64,000 nt of DNA from Chthonomonadales bacterium (GCA_037443035.1 JBBIPC010000003.1:58951-122950), one strand, 5' to 3'; shown: positions 9,984 through 20,999, numbered from the stretch's first letter. A program made the numbers and translations. Notes: a model not told the origin generated them from the letters alone.

Positions 9984-10999
9984 CAGACACGTTCTACGGC
10001 GCATGGCTCAACGCGTGGGCTTTCTGGCTCTGCCTATCGCTCGGTTGCCTTGGCCTGCTCCTGCTCACGCATACGCTTCGTCCTGCGTGGGGAGCCGCAA
10101 CGCTGCGAGCCATGGAGGCAGGCGCCAGCACCCTGCCGCTGATGCTGGTCCTCTACATACCGATCTTGCTTGGCGGTATGCCGCATCTCTACCCATGGGC
10201 GGCCCCCGGAGCCCATGCGCCCGTACTGCAGCATCGGGCGCCCTACATGAATCTGCCGTTCTTCATCGTGCGGTGTGTCGTCTACTTCGCGGTCTGGATC
10301 GGACTCGCTACCTACCTGAGTCGGTCGGCACGCCCGAAGCCAAAGGCGTTCCAGGCCAGATCGAACGTCAGTGCACCGGCCCTGGTGGCCTTCGTTCTCA
10401 CCGTGACCTTCGCATTCACCGACTGGGTCATGGCCACGGAGGAGCATTGGAGTTCGACGATCTTCGGCATATGGTTTCTCACCGGCCAGGCTCTCGCAGG
10501 TGTCGCCCTCATCACGCTCTGGTACACGCGGACTCGCCTGTGCTCACCGGTCATCCTGAAGGACCTTGGGAACCTCCTGCTAGCATTCACCATGTTCTGG
10601 GCGTACATCAGCCTATCGCAGTATCTCATTATCTGGTCCGGCAATCTCCCCGAAGAGGCATCCTACTATCTCGACCGCTCGCGCCAGGGTTGGCAGATCT
10701 TGGGAGGCTTTCTCGCCCTCGGGCAGTTCCTGCTGCCGTTTCTTGCGCTCCTATCCGGCAAGACCAAGCGCAGCCCGTATCGCCTGGCTCTGGTTGCAGC
10801 ATGGATCCTGGCCATGCGGGTTCTCGATTTGTACTGGATCGTGGTCCCGTCTGTCCGGCACGGTAGCGTGTTGCCCCGAAGTTGGGAGGTCATGGCGCTC
10901 GTCATCGTGGGCGTGCTGTGGGTTGCCGTCTTCAGGCTCCGGTTGCGTGGGGCCGTTGCCGCCCGCATACCGCAGGAAGAGGTGGGCGTCCATGCCTGA
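9980..10999 (+). CDS. actF: Alternative complex III membrane subunit ActF
   Basis: Polytopic membrane protein with LYPW, DWVM..W.STIFG, DLGNLL, SQYLIIWSGNLPEE. Confidence 0.88.
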   Translation: MTDTFYGAWLNAWAFWLCLSLGCLGLLLLTHTLRPAWGAATLRAMEAGASTLPLMLVLYIPILLGGMPHLYPWAAPGAHAPVLQHRAPYMNLPFFIVRCVVYFAVWIGLATYLSRSARPKPKAFQARSNVSAPALVAFVLTVTFAFTDWVMATEEHWSSTIFGIWFLTGQALAGVALITLWYTRTRLCSPVILKDLGNLLLAFTMFWAYISLSQYLIIWSGNLPEEASYYLDRSRQGWQILGGFLALGQFLLPFLALLSGKTKRSPYRLALVAAWILAMRVLDLYWIVVPSVRHGSVLPRSWEVMALVIVGVLWVAVFRLRLRGAVAARIPQEEVGVHA

Positions 11000-11450
11000 G
11001 AAACCTGTGTTGCATCCTCCAGCGCGTGGTGGCAATGGCAAGGATGCTCCGGACATGACCGAGCATGCGCGGAATCTGCCACGGATCGAGGCCACGGATG
11101 TCTCGGCGCGAGCAATGGTCCGGTGGGGCATAGGGCTCATCGCGTTCACGGCCATGTCCATGCTCCTCGTGTTCGGCTACTACGCTGTGCTGCACGGTCC
11201 CATCGGAAAGCAGCCGCTGAAGCGTACGGCCGAGCTCAGGCTGCCGCCATGGCCCCGGCTGCAGTCGAATCCGGCGAGAGACATACGCGACTACCGCCGT
11301 GAGCAGGCGCATCTCGCAGAGAGCTATGGCTGGATAGACCAGAACAGACGCATCGTGCGCATGCCTGTCGCACGGGCTCGGGAACTCGTTCTGGAGCGTG
11401 GCTTGCCCGTATGGTCAGCGGCGCAAGCCAAGACGGGAGAGAAGCAATGA
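10992..11450 (+). CDS. Single-TM accessory subunit (ActG-like)
   Basis: One TM helix, PPWPRLQ and YGWID...RMPV motifs; lies between actF and sco; ATG at 10992. Confidence 0.6.
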   Translation: MPEKPVLHPPARGGNGKDAPDMTEHARNLPRIEATDVSARAMVRWGIGLIAFTAMSMLLVFGYYAVLHGPIGKQPLKRTAELRLPPWPRLQSNPARDIRDYRREQAHLAESYGWIDQNRRIVRMPVARARELVLERGLPVWSAAQAKTGEKQ

Positions 11451-12289
11451 GATACTCCTTGGCATTGGTGTCGGCCGCAGCAGTTGTTGCGGCCAGAGGC
11501 GTTGTTCTCGCCCAGGCACCCCGCTACGATCTGAAGAAAGATGTCGTCCTGGAACAGAGGCTGAACCAATCGGTGCCCCTGGATATCCCGTACATGGATG
11601 AGGGTGGCCGAGATGTCACCCTGGGGCGATACTTTGGGAAGAAGCCCGTGGCGCTCATGCTCCCGTTCTATCAGTGCGCAGGTATTTGCACGGCGGAGCT
11701 GAATGGGCTCGTCAAGGCCTTGCGCCAGCTGACGTTGCAGCCTGGCAAGGACTTCGAGATCGTTATTGCGAGCATCAACCCTACCGAAAAGCCACCTCTG
11801 GCAGCCATGAAGAAACAGGCATACCTTGCCGAGCTGGGTCGGCCTGAGGCGGGCGACGGTTGGCACTTCCTGACCGGCCTCCAGGCTTCGATCAAGCGGC
11901 TGACCGAGGCTGTTGGATACCACTACGTCTACGATCCGGAGACCGATCAGTACATCCACCCGCCGGGGCTGATTATCCTAACACCCCAAGGCCGGATCTC
12001 CAGGGTCTTCACAGGGGTGGACTATGATCCCCAGACACTGCGGCTTTCTCTCATCGAAGCATCCGAGGGTCGCATCGGATCTCGCACGGAACAGGTTCTT
12101 CTCGCCTGCTATCAGTTCGATCCGTCCCGGGGCAGGTACTCGCTTGCAGTGGGCAGACTCCTCAAGGTCGGAGGCGGTCTGACCCTGGCCATCCTGCTGG
12201 GGTTCATTGGCGCCAGCATCATGCGAGACCGGCGCAAGTCGCTCACTGCTGTGGATACGACACGCACTCAGGAACCGACCGAGAACTGA
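11447..12289 (+). CDS. SCO/SenC family copper chaperone
   Basis: Signal peptide, FYQCAGIC (CxxxC), WHFLTG, YIHP His ligand, C-terminal TM helix. Confidence 0.88.
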   Translation: MRYSLALVSAAAVVAARGVVLAQAPRYDLKKDVVLEQRLNQSVPLDIPYMDEGGRDVTLGRYFGKKPVALMLPFYQCAGICTAELNGLVKALRQLTLQPGKDFEIVIASINPTEKPPLAAMKKQAYLAELGRPEAGDGWHFLTGLQASIKRLTEAVGYHYVYDPETDQYIHPPGLIILTPQGRISRVFTGVDYDPQTLRLSLIEASEGRIGSRTEQVLLACYQFDPSRGRYSLAVGRLLKVGGGLTLAILLGFIGASIMRDRRKSLTAVDTTRTQEPTEN

Positions 12290-12291
12290 CC

Positions 12292-13317
12292 GTGGACATC
12301 CCGCTCCTGCCCCAACAAGCATCGTCGTTCGCCGTGGAGGTGGACGCCATCTACTTCGTGCTGTGGGCGCTCACCATCTTCTTCTCGCTGGCAGTCATGG
12401 CTGTCATGCTTGGCCTTGCCTATCGCTACCGTCGTGGTTCCAACGTGGACCGTTCCCGGCCTGTTCATGCGGATCTGCGTGTCGAACTTCTCTGGACTGG
12501 CATTCCGCTGTTGCTCGGTTTGGCGGTCTTCGCGTGGTCAGCGAAACTCTACGCGCGGACTCGAATCCCACCGCCCGACGCCATGCAGATCTATGTCATT
12601 GGGAAGCGTTGGATGTGGCAGGTGCAGCACTCCAATGGGGTACGGGAGAACGCCGAGCTTCACCTGCCTGTGGGGAAGAACGTGCTGCTAACGATGATCT
12701 CCCAGGATGTCATCCATAGCTTTTTTGTGCCGGCTTTCCGCGTGAAGCACGATGTGCTGCCGGGAGCTTACACCCGCCTGTGGTTCCGACCAACCAGAGT
12801 CGGCAAGTACAGGCTCTTCTGCTCGCAGTACTGCGGTACCCAGCATTCGCAAATGGACGGGTGGGTCACCGTCATGGAGCCTGATGACTTCGAGCGATGG
12901 CTCGCGAACGAAGGAGAGAAGACTGCCACCACGCAGATGAATATGGTAGACGCGGGCAAGGCCATCTACGACCGCATGGCGTGTGGATCCTGTCATGCAA
13001 CCCGGGATGCCGAAACGTCCGCTCCCAGGCAACGGGGTGGGTCCCTCTACGGCCTCTACGGTTCTCTGGTGAAGCTGAAGGGTGGTGGCACTGTCCGCGC
13101 GGACGAAGACTACTTGAGGGAGTCCATCATGCGTCCCAACGCGAGGATTGTCGAGGGTTACTGGCCGATCATGCCGTCCTACGAAGGACAGCTAACGGAG
13201 GAGCAAACGCTGCAGGTCATCGCTTACCTGAAATCCCTGGGTTCTGCGGGTGGCGAAGAAGGACCCGCCAAGAGCGCAAGCGCAGCCAGCGTCGCAGCTA
13301 GAGGTGCCCGCCCATGA
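12292..13317 (+). CDS. coxB: Cytochrome c oxidase subunit II with fused cytochrome c (caa3 type)
   Basis: Two TM helices, DVIHSFFVP, CuA motif [13 protein letters not shown]-terminal CGSCH...MP. Confidence 0.93.
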   Translation: MDIPLLPQQASSFAVEVDAIYFVLWALTIFFSLAVMAVMLGLAYRYRRGSNVDRSRPVHADLRVELLWTGIPLLLGLAVFAWSAKLYARTRIPPPDAMQIYVIGKRWMWQVQHSNGVRENAELHLPVGKNVLLTMISQDVIHSFFVPAFRVKHDVLPGAYTRLWFRPTRVGKYRLFCSQYCGTQHSQMDGWVTVMEPDDFERWLANEGEKTATTQMNMVDAGKAIYDRMACGSCHATRDAETSAPRQRGGSLYGLYGSLVKLKGGGTVRADEDYLRESIMRPNARIVEGYWPIMPSYEGQLTEEQTLQVIAYLKSLGSAGGEEGPAKSASAASVAARGARP

Positions 13318-15050
13318 CAGCTTCCAACGAGCCCGCCGCAGTCCCGTTGTCCGAAGCTCACCTGGAATCCGTGGCCCCCCACGCGGATCGGGCGCCGTCG
13401 TACCTCAGCGCGGGCCATACTCTCCGTTCGTGGCTCCTAACCCAGGATCATAAGCGCATCGCTGTCCTGTACCTCATCTCCATCAGCCTCTTCTTCGTCA
13501 TAGGAGGACTGGCCGCCGGGGCAGTGAGGGTCGAGCTGATCAAGCCTCGCGGGACGTTCATGTCCAGCGAGCTGTACAACCGCATGTTCACGCTGCATGG
13601 CGTTGTCATGATCTTCTTCTTCCTCATCCCTGCCATACCCGCGATCTTGGGCAACTTCCTCGTTCCGCTGATGGTTGGCGCCCGGGACCTGGCCTTCCCC
13701 CGGCTGAACCTGTTGAGCTGGTACCTCTATTCGGCGGGCGGTCTTCTAGCCATTACAGCAGCTCTCACGGGTGGAGTGGACACCGGCTGGACCTTCTACA
13801 CCCCCTACAGCACGTTCTACAGCAACTCTCAGGTAACGATGACGATCGCAGGAGCGTTCATCGCAGGCTTCTCATCCATCGCCACAGGCATCAACTTCAT
13901 TGTCACGATCCACAAGATGCGTGCGCCCGGGCTGACATGGTTCCGCCTACCTCTGTTCATCTGGGCACATTACGCTACCAGCATCATCATCGTACTAGGC
14001 ACGCCGGTGGTGGCTATCACGCTCCTCCTGGTCGTGGCTGAGCGCGTGGCCCACATCGGCGTGTTCGACCCACGTTATGGTGGCGATCCTGTTCTGTTCC
14101 AGCACCTGTTCTGGTTCTACTCTCATCCGGCCGTGTACATCATGATCCTGCCAGCCATGGGCGTCATCAGCGAGGTCATCTCCTGCTTCGCCCGGAAGCG
14201 GGTATTCGGTTACCATTTCGTCGCAGGATCGAGCATGGCCATCGCCGTGCTGGGCTTCCTCGTGTGGGGTCACCACATGTTCGTGAGCGGGCAGTCCATG
14301 TATGCAGGGATGGTCTTCTCGTTCCTGAGCTTTCTCGTGGCCATACCGTCGGCAGTGAAGGTGTTCAACTGGACCGCAACGATCTACAAGGGCTCCGTGT
14401 CGTTCGACGCCCCCATGCTGTTCGCGTTCTGCTTCATCGGCCTGTTCCTCATCGGCGGGCTGACGGGCCTTTTCCTGGCATCCTTGGCCACCGACGTGCA
14501 CCTCACGCACACCTACTTTGTCGTGGCTCACTTCCACTACGTCATGGTAGGTGGAGCCATCTCGGCCTATTTCGCTGGCCTCCACTTCTGGTGGCCGAAG
14601 ATCACGGGCCGTATGTATCCTGAGGGCCCCGCACGGCTCACTGCAGTCATCCTCTTCATGGGGTTTCACTTGACCTTCCTGCCCCAGTTCGTCATGGGTT
14701 TCGTGGGCATGCCGCGAAGGTACCACTACTATCCGCCGGAGTTTCAGACCATGCACATCCTTTCCACGGCTGGTGCCACCGTCATGGCAGTCGCTTACCT
14801 CCTACCTGTGGTCTATCTCCTGTGGTCGCTCAGGTATGGCAAGCGAGCTACAGCGAATCCGTGGGGAGCGACGGGGCTGGAATGGACCGTGCCGTCGCCG
14901 CCGCCGACTCACAACTTCGACACCGTGCCCGTCGTGACCGGTGAGCCGTACGGGTATGACGAGGCCGACGCACCGCTCCCCGTCACCGATAGCGTGGTGT
15001 CAGCTACCATGCAGGCGACCGGCGGCAAGACACCCGGAGGTACCGCATGA
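13314..15050 (+). CDS. coxA: Cytochrome c oxidase subunit I, type A2
   Basis: [27 protein letters not shown] (the YS motif marks type A2), VWGHHM, VAHFHY, GMPRRY. Confidence 0.96.
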   Translation: MTASNEPAAVPLSEAHLESVAPHADRAPSYLSAGHTLRSWLLTQDHKRIAVLYLISISLFFVIGGLAAGAVRVELIKPRGTFMSSELYNRMFTLHGVVMIFFFLIPAIPAILGNFLVPLMVGARDLAFPRLNLLSWYLYSAGGLLAITAALTGGVDTGWTFYTPYSTFYSNSQVTMTIAGAFIAGFSSIATGINFIVTIHKMRAPGLTWFRLPLFIWAHYATSIIIVLGTPVVAITLLLVVAERVAHIGVFDPRYGGDPVLFQHLFWFYSHPAVYIMILPAMGVISEVISCFARKRVFGYHFVAGSSMAIAVLGFLVWGHHMFVSGQSMYAGMVFSFLSFLVAIPSAVKVFNWTATIYKGSVSFDAPMLFAFCFIGLFLIGGLTGLFLASLATDVHLTHTYFVVAHFHYVMVGGAISAYFAGLHFWWPKITGRMYPEGPARLTAVILFMGFHLTFLPQFVMGFVGMPRRYHYYPPEFQTMHILSTAGATVMAVAYLLPVVYLLWSLRYGKRATANPWGATGLEWTVPSPPPTHNFDTVPVVTGEPYGYDEADAPLPVTDSVVSATMQATGGKTPGGTA

Positions 15051-15715
15051 GCGCCGAGATTGCCCACGCGCCGGCATTGCACCACGAACACCTGTCGCAT
15101 CAGTTCGAGGACATCGAGCAGCAACGCGAGTCCTATGTTGTGGGCATGTGGGCGTTCCTCGTCACGGAGATCATGTTCTTCGGCGCCGTTTTCCTGGCCT
15201 ACACGGTATACCGCGTGCTCCATCACGCGGCGTTCTATGAAGCGCACAAGCAACTGGACATCGGCCTTGGTACGATCAACACGTTCGTGCTCCTCGCCAG
15301 CAGCTTCACCATGGCGCTGGCCGTTCGCTGCGCCCAGGTTCGGTCCCGGAGAGGGCAGGTGGTCTTCCTCGGCGCCACCCTGTCGCTCGCCGGCGGCTTC
15401 CTGGTCATCAAGGCGGTGGAATACAGCCACAAGTTCGCGCATCACCTCTTCCCGGGACAGGCGTTTCACTACCCGGATGCCGCCATCGCTGACCAGGCCC
15501 GTCTGTTCTACAGCCTCTACTTCGGCGCGACCGGCCTCCATGCCATCCACGTCATCGCCGGCATGCTCGTCATCGGGGCCATGCTCGTGCGCGCACTTTT
15601 CGATCGCGATGCCAAGCAAGATTACATGCCAGTGGAGATGACAGGGCTCTACTGGCACTTCGTGGATATCGTCTGGATCTTTCTGTTCCCCCTCCTGTAC
15701 TTGATACCGAAGTGA
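15047..15715 (+). CDS. coxC: Cytochrome c oxidase subunit III
   Basis: [40 protein letters not shown]. Confidence 0.93.
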   Translation: MSAEIAHAPALHHEHLSHQFEDIEQQRESYVVGMWAFLVTEIMFFGAVFLAYTVYRVLHHAAFYEAHKQLDIGLGTINTFVLLASSFTMALAVRCAQVRSRRGQVVFLGATLSLAGGFLVIKAVEYSHKFAHHLFPGQAFHYPDAAIADQARLFYSLYFGATGLHAIHVIAGMLVIGAMLVRALFDRDAKQDYMPVEMTGLYWHFVDIVWIFLFPLLYLIPK

Positions 15716-16068
15716 GAATCGAACTCATGCCCCACTCGTCCCATCCTCAGACGACTCACGATGGAGCGTCCCATGTCATGCCCGTGGTGCTCTATGTGCG
15801 GGCGTTCCTGGGCCTGCTTCTACTCCTTGTCGCCACGCTGATGGCGGCACGGCTTCCCCTCGGAGTCGGCTTCAACTCGCTCATCGCTCTCGCTATCGCC
15901 GCCGCGAAGGCCCTCATTGTGGTGTTCTACTTCATGCACGTACGCTTCAGTTCTCGACTGGTCCAGATCTGGGCTGCCGCCGGCTTCGTGTGGCTCCTCA
16001 TCATGTTCGGTATCACCCTGGCGGACTACATCGTTCGCTCCTGGGCTCCCATAGCCGGCTGGCAATAG
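15712..16068 (+). CDS. Cytochrome c oxidase subunit IV (caa3/CyoD-like)
   Basis: Three TM helices, [11 protein letters not shown] motif; follows subunit III. Confidence 0.85.
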   Translation: MRIELMPHSSHPQTTHDGASHVMPVVLYVRAFLGLLLLLVATLMAARLPLGVGFNSLIALAIAAAKALIVVFYFMHVRFSSRLVQIWAAAGFVWLLIMFGITLADYIVRSWAPIAGWQ

Positions 16069-16128
16069 CAGACCGCCGATACGGGGTACGATGGTGGCTG
16101 GCAGGACAGCGCACGGAGGAGACGCGCC

Positions 16129-16635
16129 ATGCATGAAAAGAGTATTCAGCTCCTGAACGAAGCCGTCGCGGACGAGTTGGCCGCTGTGCACCAGTACATG
16201 TACTTCCACTTCCACTGCGATGACCAGGGCTTCGACCTTCTCGCCGGCCTGTTTCGCCGGACGGCGATCGAGGAGATGCTCCACATCGAGCGCCTGGCCG
16301 AGAGGATCCTATTCCTCAAGGGCGAAGTGAAGCTCGTTCCGCAGGCAGAGGTGAAGCTGATCCATGATGTTGGCGAGATGCTGCAGCTCGGGCGTGCCAT
16401 GGAAGAGCACACAGCACTCATGTACGGACAGTTCGCCAACGACTGCGGAATGGCCGGCGACATCGTTTCCAAGACCCTCTTCGAAGCCCTAGTCGCTGAC
16501 GAAGAGCGGCACTACGACCAGTACGACACGGAAGCCGACAATCTCGAGCGCTTCGGCGACCGGTACCTGGCGCTCCAGTCCATCGAGCGAAGCAAGGCCC
16601 GGGCCGCCACACCTCCACCCGCCTCTGCGGGGTAG
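16129..16635 (+). CDS. bfr: Bacterioferritin
   Basis: ELAAVHQY, EEMLHIERLAERILFL, DEERH ferroxidase motifs; heme-ligand Met retained in EEM. Confidence 0.85.
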   Translation: MHEKSIQLLNEAVADELAAVHQYMYFHFHCDDQGFDLLAGLFRRTAIEEMLHIERLAERILFLKGEVKLVPQAEVKLIHDVGEMLQLGRAMEEHTALMYGQFANDCGMAGDIVSKTLFEALVADEERHYDQYDTEADNLERFGDRYLALQSIERSKARAATPPPASAG

Positions 16636-16825
16636 AGGCGCTGGCAGGACATAGCCGGCACCAGCCGTTGCCATGGGACGACGGAACAGGCGGTGCCCTC
16701 CAGAGGCGATCGTCGGCCATCCTGCTAGTGTAGCCCTGGTCCATGCAGGGGCACCGCCGCCTCGGACCGGAGTACGTGCCGGTCACCATCGCAGAGTTCG
16801 TCAGGCTGTACGGCGAAACAGGTAG

Positions 16826-19027
16826 ATGAACGCCATTTCGAGGAACGTCCTTGCGTTTCTCGTGGTTCTGTCATGCGGCTTTCCTGCGGCGGCCAACGGA
16901 TTGCCGGTCATCCCCAACCCCGGATTCGAACAGGTGGATGCGTCCACCGGTTTCGCCACAGGATGGATTCACGGCCTTGGACCAGGCACCGAGGGGTCTG
17001 CCGTGATCGTCGACACCGTGGCGCATAGTGGCAAGCGCTCGCTGTATATCACGGACCGAACGCCCCATCAGGCATACCGTTACGTGCTCGTCAACACCAA
17101 CTGGCTGACCGCGAAACCGGAGACGACCTATATCCTTCGATTTCACGTTCGGGGCAGGGGTGTCGGCAGATGTTTCGTCGGCGTAGCGTTCGAGGGTGCG
17201 GGCGAGCATCGGCAAGCGCTGCCAGTTGGTGACTACGACTGGTGCCAGGTCTCCTTCCGGTTCACGACACCATCTGGCTCGGAGCGCGTGCAGATTCAGT
17301 TCGTGGCGGATGATGTGGCCGAGCTGTGGTTCGACGACATCACGATCGAGCTGTCTCCCATCCAGCTCGCGAATATCGCCGAAGCGCGGGCAGGCCGGAT
17401 GCGAACGTGGTACCCACGCACCGAGGGCAGGCTCCCGAAGCGGCTGGTGGTCCTCGACGTATCGAACGCCTCGGCAGACGTGCGGGCCCTCATGGTCGCA
17501 CTACAAGGCATCGTCAATCGCAAGGCGCCTCGCCTCTATCTCATCAACCCGACCAACCCGGTTGGTTACGACGAGATGTGGCTGCGCTACATGCAAGAGA
17601 AGGGCTACACAGGTCCCGAAGAGCGGCTCGCCACGCCGGAGGAAGCTCTGAGCCGGTTCCGTGCGAGCATTCGAGGCGCGATCGTGTGGGACGATGCGTT
17701 GCCGGGCTCGCGGCATGCGGCTTGGATGCTCGGTGCGATCGAGAGCGCTCTGCCTGCGTCCGCAGAAACTGCTGCGCGTTTCGGCCTGCCTGTCGTCGAG
17801 GACCTGCGAGGCCGCTGGAAGCGCAATGTGGACGCCTATCGGTATGTCTGGGAGCATCATAGGAAGGACCTGAGCCCTCACCTTCTCGCCTGGGAGCATC
17901 CGCTCAACGATGCCATTTCGTCGCGGGATGTGATGGTGCAGCAGCGCGTTCTCATGTTCTGGGTCTCGGCCCCACTCGACAACGAGCGTGGCGCAGATCC
18001 CGTCGCGGAGATGGAGTTCCTGGAAGAAGTGCTGAGCAGAACATCGGGCAACATCCCCGTCATGGGCTGGCCCATGTGGGGGACCAAGGGCATCGAGGAG
18101 TACACGGCGGTGCGCCTGCTCTCCGAGTATGCCAAGTGGGTACCCGGAACTGCTTTCAACTCCAACGGCACAGTGCACAGTGCAGTTCGGCCGGATCCCC
18201 GAGTGTTCGCCCGGGCTTTCGACAACCGTCGCATCCAGCAGCCCCGCCGAGACAAGGTCTACCTCAGTGTCAACATACTGGACAGCGGTGACGCCCAGTG
18301 GTACTGGCAGTTCCATCAGCGACGCATCTGGGATGATCCCGCCAGGGGTTCGATCCCCATCGGCTATGGCATGAACATGACGCTGAGCGATGCACTACCG
18401 GTCGTGGCCCAGTGGTACTACGAGCACCGAACGTCCAACGACTCGTTCTTCGGTCTCATGTACATGAACGCTCCGGTCTACGCGTCGAGGTTTCGGAGAG
18501 AGGACAGAGAGAGGATTTGGTCGGAGTACGTGAGGCTGACGAGCCTCTATCTGAACCGCATGGGTATGCAGGGCCTCGAGCTGTACACTGGCGGCACCGG
18601 CGGGCCCTCGGCTTCTCGCGAGCTTCTCCGCCGATTCACGCGCGGTGTTCGTCGCTTGCGCTACATTCTGGCCGGCTTGGGACGCCACACCGACGTCAGG
18701 CCCGACGCCGCAGTAGAGATGCTCGACAAGACCGTCATTTTCCATACGCTCACGAACTTCCGCGTCTGGTCCCTTACCGAAAACTTGGCGGCACGTAACA
18801 TGGCCGACGAGAACGCATGGCTGCTTGGCGAGATCACCGCCAATACTCCTACTGTGCGACCGGGGTTCATGAGCGCCATGGCGATCAGTTGGATCTACTT
18901 CCCGCGCTGGCTGGCAGACCTGAAGGCCAAGCTACCGCCGGTCTACGAGATGGTAAGTCCCGGTGACATGGCGCGGCTCTGGCGCGAGCTGTCGGAGATG
19001 ACCCAGGATCCTGCGCGGTTACGCTGA
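16826..19027 (+). CDS. Secreted GxGYxYP-family putative glycoside hydrolase with an N-terminal CBM4/9-like domain
   Basis: Signal peptide, NPGFE...WFDDI beta-sandwich, LQGIVNRKAPRLY, VMGW, DSGDAQW, WDDPARGSIPIG. Confidence 0.7.
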   Translation: MNAISRNVLAFLVVLSCGFPAAANGLPVIPNPGFEQVDASTGFATGWIHGLGPGTEGSAVIVDTVAHSGKRSLYITDRTPHQAYRYVLVNTNWLTAKPETTYILRFHVRGRGVGRCFVGVAFEGAGEHRQALPVGDYDWCQVSFRFTTPSGSERVQIQFVADDVAELWFDDITIELSPIQLANIAEARAGRMRTWYPRTEGRLPKRLVVLDVSNASADVRALMVALQGIVNRKAPRLYLINPTNPVGYDEMWLRYMQEKGYTGPEERLATPEEALSRFRASIRGAIVWDDALPGSRHAAWMLGAIESALPASAETAARFGLPVVEDLRGRWKRNVDAYRYVWEHHRKDLSPHLLAWEHPLNDAISSRDVMVQQRVLMFWVSAPLDNERGADPVAEMEFLEEVLSRTSGNIPVMGWPMWGTKGIEEYTAVRLLSEYAKWVPGTAFNSNGTVHSAVRPDPRVFARAFDNRRIQQPRRDKVYLSVNILDSGDAQWYWQFHQRRIWDDPARGSIPIGYGMNMTLSDALPVVAQWYYEHRTSNDSFFGLMYMNAPVYASRFRREDRERIWSEYVRLTSLYLNRMGMQGLELYTGGTGGPSASRELLRRFTRGVRRLRYILAGLGRHTDVRPDAAVEMLDKTVIFHTLTNFRVWSLTENLAARNMADENAWLLGEITANTPTVRPGFMSAMAISWIYFPRWLADLKAKLPPVYEMVSPGDMARLWRELSEMTQDPARLR

Positions 19028-19166
19028 CGTCCAACGCCGCCGCAGGTGGTTCCATGAGATGGCTAAGCGGGTTGCGGCTTCGACGATGCCCTGCCGCTGC
19101 GAAGGACGCGCGGATCTCGCTATGGTCACCACCCTGCCAATGCGCGTAGGGGCCACGCCGGAGGCA

Positions 19167-19532
19167 TCACCAATGCTCGACCGTGACATTTCCTTGCTTC
19201 AGAAGCCCGTTGGGCCAATCGGCATCGCTGCGCAACGTCTTTCCATTGATGCGGACGTTCTCCATGATGACGTGAATACTGCCGTCGTTCTCCGCTCGTA
19301 AGCGCGACCGCATGGGCGTGTCCTCGAGATCTGCCGCGAAGGAGCCCCAGTCTGTCCCGCGCTCCGTGCCGGTGATCTCCACGTTTCGGACAGGCAGGCA
19401 AATGGGACGCAGTCTTATCTCGCCATCCGGCTTAGCAGACCGCGGTGCCCAACGATACCAGTCTCGAACTGAGTGCCGATGGAGGAGGCAAGGCCAAAGA
19501 GTCCCCGGGCCATGAGCTGTCCAGTGGTGCAA
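19167..19532 (-). pseudogene. Possible remnant of the C-terminus of a beta-helix polysaccharide-degrading enzyme
   Basis: The end of the ORF (RNVEITG...IHVIMENVRINGKTL) resembles GH28-related C-termini; no convincing start or N-terminal part. Confidence 0.3.
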
Positions 19533-19655
19533 TCCATGACGACCCAGTTGTCCCGTAAGTGCCCGTCATTCGTGTGCAGCCAACCACGACTAGCCGCGTT
19601 CGCCTGACCACCCGCTCTGCGCCGGGAGGGTTGGACTGTGCGCTTGTACCATCAC

Positions 19656-20804
19656 CTACTTAGCGAACTTGGGGTCTGTCTCCCGGACGGCGCGCACTGC
19701 CTTCTTACCAACGGATTGCTTCTTCAGCTCGTTCAGGAGCCGGTCATAGCGCCGACGGTTCACCGGCAGCGTAACCTCTTTGCCGGTGTGCCCGGACAGA
19801 ATCAGGCCATTGATGAGCTCTACCGCCCATAGCCCTTCGGCCCCCGGAGCGATGAGCGGCTCGCCATAGAGGATAGCCCTGCAGAAGTTCCTGGTGATCT
19901 CTTGATGCTTCCCCTCGCCAGCTGGGATATCGAGGGGTATTTCCTCACTGCCCGGTCCGCCCCACATGGCGGTTGCCTGGCGCACGTGCTCCTGGATGGG
20001 CTGCTTGTTCTGCCAGACACGGAGCGTGGAGCCCATGATCATGACCTTACCCTTATCGCCGCAGACCTCGATCTGCTCATGCCCGGGTTCTTCCGTCGTA
20101 CTCGCATAGAGGTAGCCGTGCGCACCGTTGGCGTACTCCAGCACAGCGAAGGCCTCGTCCTCCACCTCGATATCGTGGATGCGCGTACGTGTCTCGCCTC
20201 GTAGCTTCACAGGAAGACCGGCAAGCCATGCATACAGATCGAGGAAATGGGGGGCCTGGTTGATCAGCACGCCTCCACCCTCGCCGGTCCACGTGGCACG
20301 CCACCCACCTGAATCGTAGTAGGCCTGGCTGCGGTACCAACCGACGATCATGGACGTGCGGTAGATCTCGCCAATCTTCCCTTCCGCGATGATCTTCTTC
20401 GCGAGCTGCATCCTGCCCTGGGCGCGCATCTGATACATCACGCCAAACACGCACTTGGACTGCTCAGCGGCAGCGATCATCTTGTCCGCAGCGGACACCG
20501 TGACGGCGATGGGCTTCTCGGACAGCACATGAATCCGTCGCTTGAATGCCTCGATGGCGATCGTGGGGTGGAAGTAATGGGGCGTTGCGATGATGACGGC
20601 GTCCACCAGGCGGCTGTCCAGCAGCTTCTTCGGCTCCGTGAACCCCGGCACACCGAACTTCGCGGATGTCTCCTCGGTCACCTTCGGGTCTATATCGCAG
20701 ACGCAGGTCAATTGTGCCTCTTCGATTTCGTGCATCCACGTGCAGTGACCAGTGCCCATGCCGCCCGTGCCGATCACACCGATACGCACCTTGTCTATGG
20801 CCAT
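19656..20804 (-). CDS. Gfo/Idh/MocA family oxidoreductase
   Basis: GVIGTGGMG, IATPHYFH, SEKP, WRATW.GEGGGVLINQAPHFLD. Confidence 0.92.
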   Translation of the reverse strand: MAIDKVRIGVIGTGGMGTGHCTWMHEIEEAQLTCVCDIDPKVTEETSAKFGVPGFTEPKKLLDSRLVDAVIIATPHYFHPTIAIEAFKRRIHVLSEKPIAVTVSAADKMIAAAEQSKCVFGVMYQMRAQGRMQLAKKIIAEGKIGEIYRTSMIVGWYRSQAYYDSGGWRATWTGEGGGVLINQAPHFLDLYAWLAGLPVKLRGETRTRIHDIEVEDEAFAVLEYANGAHGYLYASTTEEPGHEQIEVCGDKGKVMIMGSTLRVWQNKQPIQEHVRQATAMWGGPGSEEIPLDIPAGEGKHQEITRNFCRAILYGEPLIAPGAEGLWAVELINGLILSGHTGKEVTLPVNRRRYDRLLNELKKQSVGKKAVRAVRETDPKFAK

Positions 20805-20999
20805 TCTCCAATGCCTCCTCGCTACTTGCTCCTCCTAGCTTCTGCACCACGCATCCCATATCCTGCACCTCCTCACGGGTCGCTTGGTCTTGCAGGATTC
20901 GACGACGCGTTTCGAGTAACTATGTATTGGAATGGAGTAGTCGACACGGGTTGGCATGAATTCCGGACAAACGAACGCTGACATGGAGGTGGATGCACG

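Noticed and set aside
16129..16635. Bacterioferritin as encapsulin cargo
   Set aside because: The C-terminal tail (TPPPASAG) lacks an LxIGSL-type targeting motif and no encapsulin gene is nearby
16689..16758. 10-bp inverted repeat GGCGGTGCCC/GGGCACCGCC after bfr
   Set aside because: Long loop, no U-tract and plausible by chance in GC-rich DNA; not called as a terminator or ncRNA
20951..20966. Sigma54-like TTGGCATG upstream of the 21000 gene
   Set aside because: The -12 TTGC element is missing (CCGG instead)
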